A stretch of DNA of 63,221 nt, the filler included, from Octopus bimaculoides (taxonomy: Eukaryota), in the NCBI RefSeq assembly GCF_001194135.2. It is 5 parts of 5 records of this genome, joined end to end, with 100 filler letters (N's around TTAATTAATTAA, not from the genome) between each part and the next. Parts side by side here need not be neighbours in the genome. Positions count along the whole stretch, not along the records: positions 49,267 to 63,221 come from NC_068982.1; 4 more parts are not named here. One strand, 5' to 3'. Made by a program: the position numbers and the translations under genes. This document shows positions 50,420 to 62,411 of this stretch, in pieces; the first letter of the stretch is position 1; every line of letters starts with the position of its first letter. The notes under the pieces were generated by a model, which worked only from the letters and a program-made list of their open reading frames with translations, was not told where the DNA came from and searched no databases.

Positions 50420-51010
50420 TAATGGTATAAACACCATCCTGAAGCTGTGACTGAGGGAGAAAATGTGTCGATTCCCTGGGACTTCCCCGTACATACCGAC
50501 AAAACTATAAAAGCTAATAAACCGGATATTATTATAAAAGATCAGACAAAGATGTGTTTATTAATTGCCATGAGTGTTCCTTGCGATCATAATATAGCGG
50601 CAAAAGAATTTGAAAAGATCAGGAAATATAAAGACTTGCTAATAGAAATTGAAAAAATGTGGCACCTCAAGGCGACTACCGTACCAGTGATTGTAGGATC
50701 TCTAGGAATGATAAAAAAAAAGGTACTGAAACCTATTTGAAAATGATACCAGGCCTACCATCCCTACAGGAAGTGCAAAAAATCGTGTTAACTGGAACGA
50801 CTCATGTACTGAGAAGAGCATTATCGCTGTGAAAACAACATCCATTCATGAATTTATATATTTATTAATTTTTTTAAAAATATATATTTTACCTGTGAAT
50901 TTGTGAGTGTAAACTGGGAACGCATACAATGAGCTTCTCTGCCCTAGGTGTACGGAAAACACTCGGCGAGAAATGGAAGAAAATTTGAAGGAAGAAGATG
51001 ATGATGATAA
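50420..51010 (+). mobile_element. R4/Dong-type LINE 3' fragment (RLE endonuclease)
   Basis: WDFPVHTDKTIKANKPDIIIKD..AMSVP..EKIRKYKDL (PD..D..EK catalytic motif), embedded in (AAC)/(AAT) repeats. Confidence 0.9.
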
Positions 51011-51034
51011 TAATAATAACAACAATAATAATCC

Positions 51035-51215
51035 TTTTTACTGGAATCACAAGGCCTCACATTTGGGGTAAGGGATTAAGTCGATTACATCGACACCAGT
51101 GCGTAACTGGTACTTATTTAATCGACTCGGAAAGGATGAAAGACAAAGTCGACCTCGGCGGGCGTAATATTGCTAAACATTTCGCCCAGCATGTTAACGA
51201 TTTTGCCAGCTCGCT
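51035..51215 (-). mobile_element. SINE family C
   Basis: Reverse complement of the family C consensus. Confidence 0.82.
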
Positions 51216-51232
51216 GTCTTAGTAATAATAAT

Positions 51233-51296
<64 letters not shown>

Positions 51297-51297
<1 letters not shown>

Positions 51298-52705
51298 TTT
51301 TCTGTAGCAGAAAACGTGGGTGTTGATGGCAAGAAAAATATATATAATGGTAGTGACAAAAGAAATGATCCATGGTGGAAAAGAAGAATATAGGCGGGGT
51401 TAGATATGCTCTCGAAGGACATTTCTGTGTTAGACCGGAAAGAATAGAGGGAGCTTAAAAGCGAACAGTAATACAGGGCACTGAACAGGAAGTATGACAT
51501 AGAAAAAAAGGGTCTGAAAGTAGTAATGGAGGAACTGAAACAGCGCCTCGTTCCAAAGAAAGCAAAGATGGTAAGATACGACCAAAGAATGAAGGGTTAC
51601 CAGCAGAATAGGTTATTCAGAGTAGATCAGAACAGATTCTACAAACAAATAAATGGAGAGTGTTGAGATGAAAAGTTGATACCAGATAACATTGAAAGTC
51701 AAATGTTTTGGAGTGTAATCTGCAGCAAAGACAAGGAGTACAAGAAGGATTTTGAATGGTTGCAAGAACTGAAACAAGCAGTAGTCTGTCCAAAACAGGC
51801 AGAACTAGTCATTTCAGTTAGGGAAATGAAAAAAATCAGCTGAACCAGATGGAGTTCAAGACTACTGTATCAAAAGATTTGGTGAATATCAAGTACGAAT
51901 AGCTGCACAACTCAAAACCTTGTTAAATTCCAATCAAGTAACTCCAAAGTCGTTGACAAATGGGTAGGACAGTGCTGTGCTTGAAAAACATGGAAAAAGG
52001 CAATACGGTAGACATTTACAGGCCAATATCCTGCTAACCACTTATGTAGAAATTATTGACTGGAATAGTCGCAGAGTCAATGTACGAACGTCTGGAAAAA
52101 AACAGAGTCTTGCCACATGAGCAGAAGGGTTGCAAGCATAAGGTCAGAGGTACCAAGGATCAACTCCTGGTGGACAAAACTGTACTCAGAGATCGCAAGA
52201 GGAAGAAAACCGAGCTGTGTCATGGATAGATTATCGTAAGGCGTACGATCCGATCCCACATTCTTAGATTATGGAATGTATGAACCTATTTGGTATTGCA
52301 TCGAATGTTGAGTGATTGCTTGGAAAATGAACGACAAATTGGAAGACGGAACTGACTGCATTTAGAAGTTAAGGGATAATAGAAATCAGGAGAGGTATCT
52401 TCCAAGGGGACAGTCTGTCCCCACTGATCTTTGTACTGTGCATGATACCACTAACACTGATTCTGAGGAAAGCAAAGGCTGGGTATGTATTCAAAAGCCG
52501 CCAACAATAAGTCAACCACGTGTTATTCATAGATAACCTCAAAATTTATGGTAAAGATGAATCCCAAGTCAGTTCCTTCGTTGATACGGTGTATACTTTC
52601 AGTGCTGATATCAGAATGGAGTTCGGACTAAAAAAGTGTGGTGTGTTAGTCCTGAAAAGAGGCAATATCAAATGCATGGACGGGCTAGCGGTACCGTCGG
52701 GGTAA
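51297..52705 (+). mobile_element. R4/Dong-type LINE RT fragment, disrupted
   Basis: [53 protein letters not shown]; follows a (TAA)n tract. Confidence 0.9.
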
Positions 52706-53460
52706 GATATGTAACACACTGCCTAAATACCAATCTTGAGAAATTATCCTCCTGAAATCTAGAAAGGAGAAGGTTGATTCGAAGACTACAGATCTAAGCC
52801 ATCACTGTAACTAGAAATTTGTAAAACTTTCCAGAAGTTTATCATTTAAGTATATTTGTACATATCCAGATATGCAAGTATATAGTATATGCATGAGAAT
52901 ACATACGTGAAACAAAACATACAAATCTTCACACATACATACATACATACATACATACATTCATACATACATACATAATACCCTGTTGATGCTGTTGGAA
53001 TCCAATGAAGGAGCTCTGGGTCTAGGTTAGCAAGAAATCTTGAAACAAAACTGAACAATGGCATACATACATACATACATACATACATACATACATACAT
53101 ACATGCATACATAATACATACATACATGCATACATACATTCATACATCGATATACGTATAGGAGGAAAAATTCATGCCCCATTGAAGAGATAGCTGCCCC
53201 GTGTATGTCAATCTTGCATCCTAAATCGTTAAAAAATAGATTGCGATATAAAAGTATTGAGTAATAGATTTTCATTTTGTCTTGTGGTAAGCTCGTTGGG
53301 CTATAATACAAGATATTAATATGCATGATATTAACAAATGTGGGAGTTCTCCCAAAACGAGCAAAGTAAAATAGCTCGCATCTTCGAAATGCAGTCGATT
53401 AGAGGTGCTGTGAATGTTTGTAAAACATCTAAATATTTCCTACTTGAGTTTCTTGGAATC
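52706..53460 (+). mobile_element. Two further RLE-LINE 3' end fragments separated by (TACA)n
   Basis: 52706-53060 matches 23790-24110; 53340-53440 is a related terminus (FEMQSIRGAVNVCKT). Confidence 0.65.
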
Positions 53461-53524
53461 GCAATCTACACAGCATTATGTGTGCATTGTCTAGAATGAA
53501 ATAGATAAAATCCATCACTTATTA

Positions 53525-53835
53525 ATGGCTCGTGGTTGGTTAGGGTTTTCGGCTCACGATCTTAAGGCCGTGTGTTCAATTCCTGTCTGTGCATCGTGTC
53601 CTTGAGAAAGACATGTTATTTCACGTTGCTCCACTCCAGTCCAGTTATACTCAGCTGGTAAAAATGAGTAGTACCTGTATTTCAAAGGGCCAGCCTTGTT
53701 ATATTATGTATCACGCCGAATCTCCCCGTGAGCTATGTTAAGGATACGCGTGTCCGTGAAGTGCTCAGCTATTTTCACGTTAATTTCATGAGCAGGCTGT
53801 TCCGTTGATCGGATCAACCGGAACCTTCGTCGTCT
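53525..53835 (+). mobile_element. SINE family D (tRNA head plus a central module shared with family B)
   Basis: ggttagg..gttcaattcc head; gtgtccttgagaaagaca module; cacgttaatttcatgagcaggctgttccgttgatcggatcaac as in family B. A partial relative lies at about 2020-2143. Confidence 0.7.
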
Positions 53836-54106
53836 TAAAATTTTACGGTGTGTTCGTTTACGCAAAGACTGTCGAAGATAACAAGGCCTCTTGTTCTTAA
53901 AATAAAAAAAAAAAACGAAAAATAAACACCAGCCTTGCCACCAAACAGGCAGCTAGCTAACATAAACTCTAAAACACCAGTCAAATAGGTAAAACATGCG
54001 TACATTCATATGTATTTGAATATATGCCTAAATAAAGACATACAGATTGAGATTTACAATTGTATGTATCGAAGTAAACATTATATTACGTACATATTTA
54101 GCAAGA

Positions 54107-54488
54107 GGAGGCGCAATGACCCTGTGGTTAGGGCAGCGGACTCGCGGTTGTAGGATCGCGGATTCGATTCCCAGAGCGGGCGTTGTGAGTGTTTAATGAG
54201 CGAAAACAACTAAAGCTCTACGAGGCTCCGGTAGGGGATGGTGACGAAGCCTACTGTACTCTTCCACCACAACTTTGTCTTACTTCCTGTTTCTGTTGTG
54301 CCTGTAATTCAAAAGGTCAGCCTTGTCACACTGTGTCACGCTGAATATCCCCGAGAACTACGTTAAGGGTACACGTGTCTGTGGAGTGCTCAGCCACTTG
54401 CACGTTAATTTCACGAGCAGGCTGTTCCGTTGATCGGATCAACTGGAACCCTCGACGTCGTAAGCGACGGAGTGCCAACAACAACAAA
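54107..54488 (+). mobile_element. SINE family B, full length
   Basis: tRNA-like head, (CAA)n tail, 11-bp TSD atttagcaaga (54096-54106, 54489-54499). Confidence 0.92.
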
Positions 54489-54774
54489 ATTTAGCAAGAA
54501 ACCACCTCTTTCTCATTTGTGGTGACATATGGNNNNNNNNNNNNNNNNNNNNNGGTTTTAAGGATATCACGAAAGGCCTGGCTGGGGGCCCAACCTTCCG
54601 AGTTGTTTTATAGGGCTTAGAAAATTTAAAGGGTCGCTGCAATAAGTATATGAATCTGAGAGGGGAGTATGTTGAATAAAATCATAATTAACTGATCTTC
54701 CTGTATTTCCTTTTACTCTGAACCCGGAACCTTTCGACACCCCCTCATACGTACATACATACATATATACATAT

Positions 54775-54816
<42 letters not shown>

Positions 54817-55909
54817 GAGCCTCACAACGAGAGATCACAGTCACACATTATACAATTAAAGACCACAGACTATCAGGAGAAATATCCGCACATATCTATT
54901 GGCACAGTGTGCCAGAATTACGAACACGTCATTTACACAAAACCTTACCGATAGCATGTTTTAAGAATTTACAAATTATTTCTTTTAACCAAGCCAATTT
55001 CTACAGAAGGATTTGACGCCTAAAAACTCTACCCACCCGAACCCTTCAGTTACATTGAATCGAAGCATGTGCTGCTGGCGGTGTGGGGTATTGGTAGTAA
55101 CGGAGAAAAGTAATCTATCGAGATGAAAAAGTGCATTATCACTATCATCATCGTTGTCATGTTCGTCGTCGTCATCATAACCATCATCGTCATTATCATC
55201 ATCATCATCAGTATATATAGAGTTAGATCGAGAACGATGGAAACAGAGAGAAAGAGAAAGATTTAGATGAGTATATATATATATATGTAGATACATATAT
55301 TTGTGTTTGTGTGTATGTGTGTGTACCCACACCTACACACGCCACATATATTTCAGTTACATAAATTTATCCTCCTTATTTGTACCTTTTTTTATGAGTC
55401 ATTAAACATTACCAGCACGAAAGTGTCAGTTTAAATGGTATTTCATAAAAGCCTTTTCTAGAAGAAAAATATAATGAAAATAAAATGAATTGTACTCGTA
55501 CGTAGATTTATGGGTGTACATGTGTTTGATAAAAGTAAGCAATTTTTTAAATATATACTATAAAATCAACCACAAAGCGTATTGGTAACTGGTTTTGTTT
55601 AGTCGTCTGTGACTATACATGCACAATGACATGTATACGTACGTGATTGACTGACGAATGGCGGTTCAGCAAGACACGGCTACACAGTATTCCTAGTTCA
55701 ATGTTATATAATGAAGTGCGAAAGCCACATCGACACTGGGTCTATCGAAAACGATCATCATCGTGTGGGCACCTGAGTGCAGGGTCAAAGGTAAAGCCTT
55801 TGAATCCTCAAATTGTTCCCGTCGCGTCTTTCCCTCCCACTGCTACATTTATTAAGGAAGCGTGATGGTGGTTGTGTTGGTGAGTTGGTTGGCTGAACGA
55901 TCAGCACGA

Positions 55910-56110
55910 ACTGGCAGAATCGTCAGTACCTCGGACAAAATGTTTGGCAGCATTTCGTCCGTCTTTCCGTTCTGAATTCAAATACTACCAAGATCGACTT
56001 TTCTTTCCATTGTTTTAGGTTCGGTAAAATATCTACCAAATGAGCAATGGGGTCGATGCAATCAATTACCCCTTCCCTCAAAATGTGAAGCCTCATGCCT
56101 ATAAGAGAAA
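55910..56110 (+). mobile_element. SINE family C
   Basis: cgaactggcagaatcgtcagtacc...ttctgaattcaaat...ggggtcgatgcaatc. Confidence 0.78.
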
Positions 56111-56174
56111 GGATTATTTTAGTAGCCATAGTTTGTGCAGAGCCAGACCAATATCTCGTCCTGCAAATTTGCAG

Positions 56175-56450
56175 TGGTCTGGTACAACACATGCCAGGAG
56201 CCGAGACTGGTACAACAAATGCCCGGAGCCACGTCTGATACAACAAATGCCAGAAGTCGAGTCTGGTACAACAGATGCTAGTAGCTGAGTCTGGTACAAC
56301 AAATGTCAGGAGCCGAATCTGCTACAACAAATGCCAGAAGTCGAGTCTGGTACAACAAATGTCTAGAGCGAGTCTGGTACAACAAATGTCAGGAGCCGAA
56401 TCTGGTACAACAAATGCCAGAAGTCGAGTCTGGTACAACAAATACCAGGA
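56175..56450. repeat. Minisatellite, 10 copies of a ~28-bp unit (gagtctggtacaacaaatgccaggagcc)
   Basis: Ten tacaac cores at about 28-bp spacing, with no unique spacers. Confidence 0.92.
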
Positions 56451-56689
56451 TACTGGATTTGTATCGGGTTACCTTCTCGTAGCTGAGCAGCTAAAGAGCT
56501 GGAGGAATTTGTCTCACCTAGGGCTGTTGAGAAGTCTCAGAGTAATCTTCAACTGGAAGTAGTTCCGTGTCGAGCTAATGAACCCATAGCTGGGGCCCTA
56601 ACAGGTGCTACTTTTCCAGGTCAGAGTACCATAATTAGCTGAGTAACATAATTACTAAGTGGTGGCTTCATGCATGCCTACATACCTAC

Positions 56690-56783
56690 CACGGTGGAAT
56701 TTGAACTCAGAATGTAACGACAGGCGAAACGCTGTTAAGCATTTTGTCCGGCATGCTAACGACTCTGCCAGCTCGCCGCCTTA
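56690..56783 (-). mobile_element. SINE family C, 5' part
   Basis: Reverse complement of ggcggcgagctggcagagtcgttagcatgccgg. Confidence 0.8.
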
Positions 56784-57007
56784 AAAATGGCTTTGCAATA
56801 TTACATTTTACATCGAGTAGTTCTCACTATTTACGGATTAAAATCAAATCTTGCTGATCTGAAGTTTGCTTTCAGCTTTGAGTGATCTAAAAATTATTCA
56901 CCGGTAAAGCACAAGGAACTATTTAAACTGCACACCTTTTCCCAAACCTGTATACTTATGCCTGGGATCGAATAATGCACATACATACATACATACGTAC
57001 GTACAAT

Positions 57008-57323
57008 TTGTTGTTGTTGGCACTCCGTCGCTTACGTCGTCGAGGGTTCCAGTTGATCCGATCAACGGAACAGCCTCCTCGTGAAATTAACGTGCAAGTG
57101 GCTGAGTACTCCACAGACATGTGTATCCTTAACGTAGTTCTCGGGATATTAAGCGTGACACAGTGTGACAAGGCTGACTCTTTGAATTACAGGCACAACA
57201 GAAACAGGAAGTAAGAGTGAGAGAAAGTTGTGGTGAAAGAGTACAGCAGGGTACAGCAGGGTTCGCCACCATCCCCTGCCGGAGCCTCGCGGAGCTTTAG
57301 GTGTCTTCGCTCAGTAAACACTC
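57008..57323 (-). mobile_element. SINE family B, cut by a gap
   Basis: Reverse complement of 54107-54488. Confidence 0.9.
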
Positions 57324-58309
57324 NNNNNNNNNNNNNNNNNNNNNNNNNNNNNNNNNNNNNNNNNNNNNNNNNNNNNNNNNNNNNNNNNNNNNNNNNNNNN
57401 NNNNNNNNNNNNNNNNNNNNNNNNNNNNNNNNNNNNNNNNNNNNNNNNNNNNNNNNNNNNNNNNNNNNNNNNNNNNNNNNNNNNNNNNNNNNNNNNNNNN
57501 NNNNNNNNNNNNNNNNNNNNNNNNNNNNNNNNNNNNNNNNNNNNNNNNNNNNNNNNNNNNNNNNNNNNNNNNNNNNNNNNNNNNNNNNNNNNNNNNNNNN
57601 NNNNNNNNNNNNNNNNNNNNNNNNNNNNNGATGGTAATAACAGTGTCAAATATTAACTACGTGCTGAAAAAATGACACATCAATAGATTTAATTATTATT
57701 CATGTAGAAAAAGCAGATTTACAATAAAACTACTTAGAAGCGCCACGACCAAAAACATATCCCTTCAGAAAGGGCACATTATATACGTGAGTGTATACGC
57801 GCGCGCACGTACGTACACGCACGCGCACGCGCGCATATTCAAATATGTTTGTGCGATGTCTTAATTTACAAAGGCGATTTTACGGCGTTTTATCATGGAG
57901 ACAAAAAAAAAAGAATCACTGATGGTAAAATGTATAAATCTATCAGCTGTATGGTTATCTCTCTTGGACTGCTAGATGCATTTCTAACTTGCAATCGCCG
58001 ACTGTCCCGTCAGGATTAAAACAGAAATACATCTAGGAGACCGAGAGAGGGCACCATTAATCTGATGATGGTGTATTTACATATCTATTTTACCATAAGC
58101 GAGAATTTTTTCTCGCTTTATGGTAAAGGGCATTGAAATTGTCTTTAGAAGTTTAAATATTGGTTCAGACATATTTGAATTTACTTAAAGTTTGTTTATT
58201 TTTTATGCCTGCTTTGCGCTAGTATTCATGTATGTGTGCGTCTGTGAGTGTGAGTGTATGTGAATGTATGTATGTAAGTATGTATGTATACATACATGTG
58301 AGTGTGTGT

Positions 58310-58384
<75 letters not shown>

Positions 58385-59314
58385 TGTGTGTGTTTGTTGT
58401 TTCTCCTGTCTGCCTTTGTATCGTCTGTCTGTCTGAATGTCTTATTGTCCTCTATTGTGTTTTTGTTCCATATTTTAAAATATTTATATATACGTCTAGC
58501 GCGGCGTACGTACACACTTGTCCTCACCTTATAGTAATTATGTATCTAAATTTTGTACTCTCGCTTTTAGTCCCCCTCATACTTTCTTCCTCTTTTCTTT
58601 TTCTCGCTCCCCCACCCACTCTCTCTCACATTTCTTTGTCCTCTCTTTCTTTAAATCCCACTTTTCCTCCTCGTTTATCTCCCCTGTACCTCTCCCTTTG
58701 TCTCATATTTTTTTCTAATCCGTCAATCTCGCTGCCTCCTGCCTCTCTCTCTTCCTTCCACGTGACCGGTGTTCGGCCAGCCATGATCTTTCCTTCTTGT
58801 CCCGACTGCCGACCACCAACATCTCTTATGTCTATCTTCAATGTTCCTGCCGTTAGGCTTTCACCTCATACACGCCAGCTCAATTTGATTCTTTCTCAGT
58901 CGAAAGACACCTGTTATATTCTTGTTGTTCGTATTTGTAATTGTGTACCATGTTCTCTGTTTTTTTTTGTTTTTGTTGCCGTACACATTCGCTAGATTTC
59001 TTACAAAAAATCTAATGCTCTTTGCTTAGACATTTTGTGGGGCAATCAGATCGAACTGTCTCAAGTGTAACTGCCCGAAACACTAAGGGCTTTTGGTAAC
59101 TTGACTGGGGAAAGAAGGCTACGACCTGTCTTTTACTTACCCCTGTCCTTCTAATTGTTGTTTCTCCTGTCCGCCTTTCTATCTTCTATCCGTCCGAATG
59201 TTTTATTGTCCTCTATTGCGCTTTTGTTCCATGATATATATATATCTGTATATAAACATATGCGTATGTGTGACGTATATATGTCTATGTATATACATGT
59301 GTGCATGTGTGTAT

Positions 59315-59423
59315 ATACTCTTTTACACGTTTTAGTCATTTGATTGCGGTCATGTTGCAGTACTGCTAGATTTCTGAGACATAAACACACCAACATCGGT
59401 TGTCAAGCGATAGTGGGGGGACA

Positions 59424-59472
<49 letters not shown>

Positions 59473-59525
59473 GTGTATATATATATACACACCATACTTG
59501 CGCCTGCTTCTTGCCACACAGCCAC
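59315..59525 (-). mobile_element. SINE family A, internally deleted
   Basis: Tail, acaccaacatcggttgtcaagcg segment and head remnants. Confidence 0.7.
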
Positions 59526-59986
59526 ATACATACATACATACATGCATACATACATACATACATACATACATACATACATACATACATGCACACACGCACA
59601 CACACACACACACGCATGTATTCATGCAAGCAAACATAAAAGGAATGGGCACGAATGATAAAAAAAAACAAGTTAAACGCTGCAAAGAAAAAAAAAAGTT
59701 TTGGAAGTTAGGTTTCATGAACTATCTTACTAGGAATTGTAGCAATTTCGACGCCTCAGAAAGAATTACATTCTGTACAGGTTTCAGCAATCATTGATTC
59801 AGTTTTTAGGCAGTAAATATAGCGGGGGAAAAACCCCAGAAAAACAGAAAAAAAGTTATAGATGACTTCAATGTCTTAAACGGAGAAAACAGAAGTGTAG
59901 GGCATAATTATATTGTTAAGAATAGATGCAAGTGTTCTATAGTTTGTATGTCTGAAAACATGGACGCGTGTATGGATGTATGTATG

Positions 59987-60018
<32 letters not shown>

Positions 60019-60069
60019 TGTATGTATGTATGTATGTATGTATGTATGTATGTGTGTGTATGTATGTAT

Positions 60070-60217
60070 GGTAAGAAGCTTGCTTCGCAGCCGAATACTT
60101 CCGGGTTTAGTCCCACTGTGTGGCACCCTGGGCAAGTATCTTTTACTAGGTCCTCGGGCCGACCAAACCTTGGATTTGGTAGAAAGAAGCTGAAAGAAGT
60201 CTGTTGTATATATATAT

Positions 60218-60286
<69 letters not shown>

Positions 60287-60470
60287 TGTGTCTTTATGTC
60301 TGTTCCTCATCACTGATGTTGGTGTGATAATGTTCCACAAATAGAGACCAATACTATAAGTATTAGGCTTAAAAAATAGTTCTGGTGTCGATTTGTTTGA
60401 CTAAATCCCTTCAAGGTGGTACTCCAGCATGGCCGCAGTCAAATGACTGAAACAAGTGAAAGAATAAAAA
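60070..60470 (+). mobile_element. SINE family A
   Basis: ggtaagaagcttgcttc...ccagcatggccgcagtcaaatgactgaaacaag. Confidence 0.85.
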
Positions 60471-60811
60471 AATACAAACATGTATGTATATAAGCAAAAA
60501 TGCTAGTTCTAAAGAACTAAGCGATCAACGCAGTAGTTGTACTGACAAGTAATATTCGTAGCCACTTTAACATGGCTGTCCGTTCGAGAGAGAGAGAGAG
60601 TGAGAGAGAGAGAAGGAAAGAAAGAAAGAGAGAGAGAGGTTTGTACGCAAACAGAATTGGCAAACTACCATTGTTCCCTTCAATCCTTTGTCGTTGTGAT
60701 ATGCTACAAAAGAAACTTACAGATTTCAATTGAGCCATGTGGATAATTTAAACCCAATGAAATACGTTAGACAGTCTTTTGATACTGTATCTCCGTGAAA
60801 ATAAAAGACGA

Positions 60812-60860
60812 AGTATTTGGACCGGTTTCAATTATTACTGCAATTTCATCAGTAGGTATT
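60812..60860 (-). ncRNA. Degenerate Penelope-type hammerhead motif
   Basis: CUGAUGA-aauu..aauu-GAA-ACCGGU-C with a palindromic stem III and GUC site, but stem I is not complementary. Confidence 0.4.
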
Positions 60861-61079
60861 TTTATTTCCTTGTTATTTTACTACTGGACTGAATGCAATG
60901 ATACTGTTTTTTATAGTCGCTATTGTTTACAAGCGTCATTAATGTGTATAAACAGATTTACATAAATAACATATCCTTGGCAGCTAGATGGATTAATATA
61001 TCACTGAGGCATCAGCAGTGTTTTGTTTCGATGCTACAATGTAATAATGGTTTCATATTTTGGCATAAGGTCAGCAGTG

Positions 61080-61206
61080 GCTAAGTCGATTTATGGTGCT
61101 TTTTTATAGGAAGAAACGCAGTCAACCTAATCAGAATTTGAACCCAGAACGTAAAGACGGACGAAATGCATCTAAGCATTTTGCACGGTGTGCTAACGAT
61201 TCTGCC
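61080..61206 (-). mobile_element. SINE family C, 5' part
   Basis: Reverse complement of ggcagaatcgttagcacaccgtgcaaaatgcttag...gttctgggttcaaatt. Confidence 0.8.
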
Positions 61207-61377
61207 TTTGCACTATTACATTGTCTTGAAGGTTAGGAGGTGGCAGAACCGTTAGCACGCCGGGCGAAAGGCTTACCGGTATTTCGGCTGTCTTTACGTT
61301 CTGAGTTCAAATTCCGCTGAGGTCGACTGTGCCTTTCATCCTTCAGCATCGATAAATTAAGTTCCAGTTGTGTACTG

Positions 61378-62411
61378 GATCTTTTCATAGGCAGCTCGAT
61401 TAATTAATTTTCTTTAGCTAAACACTTTGAAACTTCGTATACTGGTAAAATGTGTCATATAGAACATCTTTTTATTCTTACCGTTGTTGAGAAAAGTCTT
61501 TATTTTCGAAGTTATTTCATGTTAAAGTTGTCGTATTTCGGTAATTTCAACCAGTCAATGACGTGTATTCAGCTGAATAAAATTACTGCTGTTGTTTGTC
61601 AACAACAACTACCGGCGGTGTATATTTTGTTTGTCTCTGTTATTTATGACATCGTTCGTGCGTTTGTACTGGTTTTAGCTATAAAAAATTATAATTTTTC
61701 TACTTAGGGTTAGCGTTAGGGTTAGGGTTTTAGGGTTAGGGCTGTAGGGTTAGGGTTTAGGGTTAGGGTTGGTGTTTTAGGGTTAGGGTTAGGTTTGGGG
61801 TCTTAGAATTAAGGTTACGGAAAAAAGTGAAAAATGAAGAAATTGGAAGGAAGGGGTAAGAGGGGGTAAAAAATTTCAAAATTCCGATTTTTGGCAATTT
61901 TCCGAAATCTCCGTATCCGAAAAGCTGAGTTTTTTGAAAAAAAAAAAAATTTTAATAATAATTTGCAAGAAAATGGGGGTGGGGACGGCAAGAAATCTTT
62001 CCGAAAATTGTAGCTGAAAAACAGGAAAGAAAACCTAAAAGCAGTAGAAATTCACGAACGATTATAGTGGTGTCATGAAGTAAACGAGATTCAGATACAC
62101 TCGTTTATTTATACGAACGTAAAGGAGATGAAATATGTCATAAATAACAGTGACAAACAAAATATATGCACCGCCGGTAGTTGTTGTTGACAAATAACAG
62201 CAGTTATTTTATTCAGCTGAATACACGTCATTGATTGGTTGAAATTACCGAAATACGACAACTTTAACATGAAATAACTTCAAAAATAGAAACTTTTCTC
62301 AACAACGCTAAAAGATGTTTCATATCACACATTCTACTAATATCCGAAGTTTCAAGGTGCTTTGTTAAAGAAAATTAATTAATCGAGTTGCCCATCGAAA
62401 GGAAAAAATTC
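61378..62411. mobile_element. Non-autonomous foldback DNA transposon (MULE/Mutator-like) with ~275-bp TIRs and 9-bp TSD
   Basis: 61378-61652 is the reverse complement of 62135-62411. TSD tgtgtactg (61369-61377) / tgcgtactg (62412-62420). Termini are G...C. Confidence 0.85.
61705..61820 (+). repeat. Degenerate interstitial telomere-like (TTAGGG)n inside the foldback element
   Basis: ttagggttagcgttagggttagggttttagggttaggg... Confidence 0.88.

Noticed and set aside
54107-54180. tRNA-like sequence with A and B boxes
   Set aside because: It is the head of a SINE with tail and TSD, not a tRNA gene; the same holds for the other SINE heads.
56175-56450. Regularly spaced ~28-bp repeats resembling a CRISPR array
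   Set aside because: Units are contiguous with no unique spacers, there are no cas genes, and the context is eukaryotic; it is a minisatellite.
59030-59095. gggc...gcccGAAAC hairpin suggesting a third hammerhead
   Set aside because: No CUGANGA box and no stem III or NUH site.
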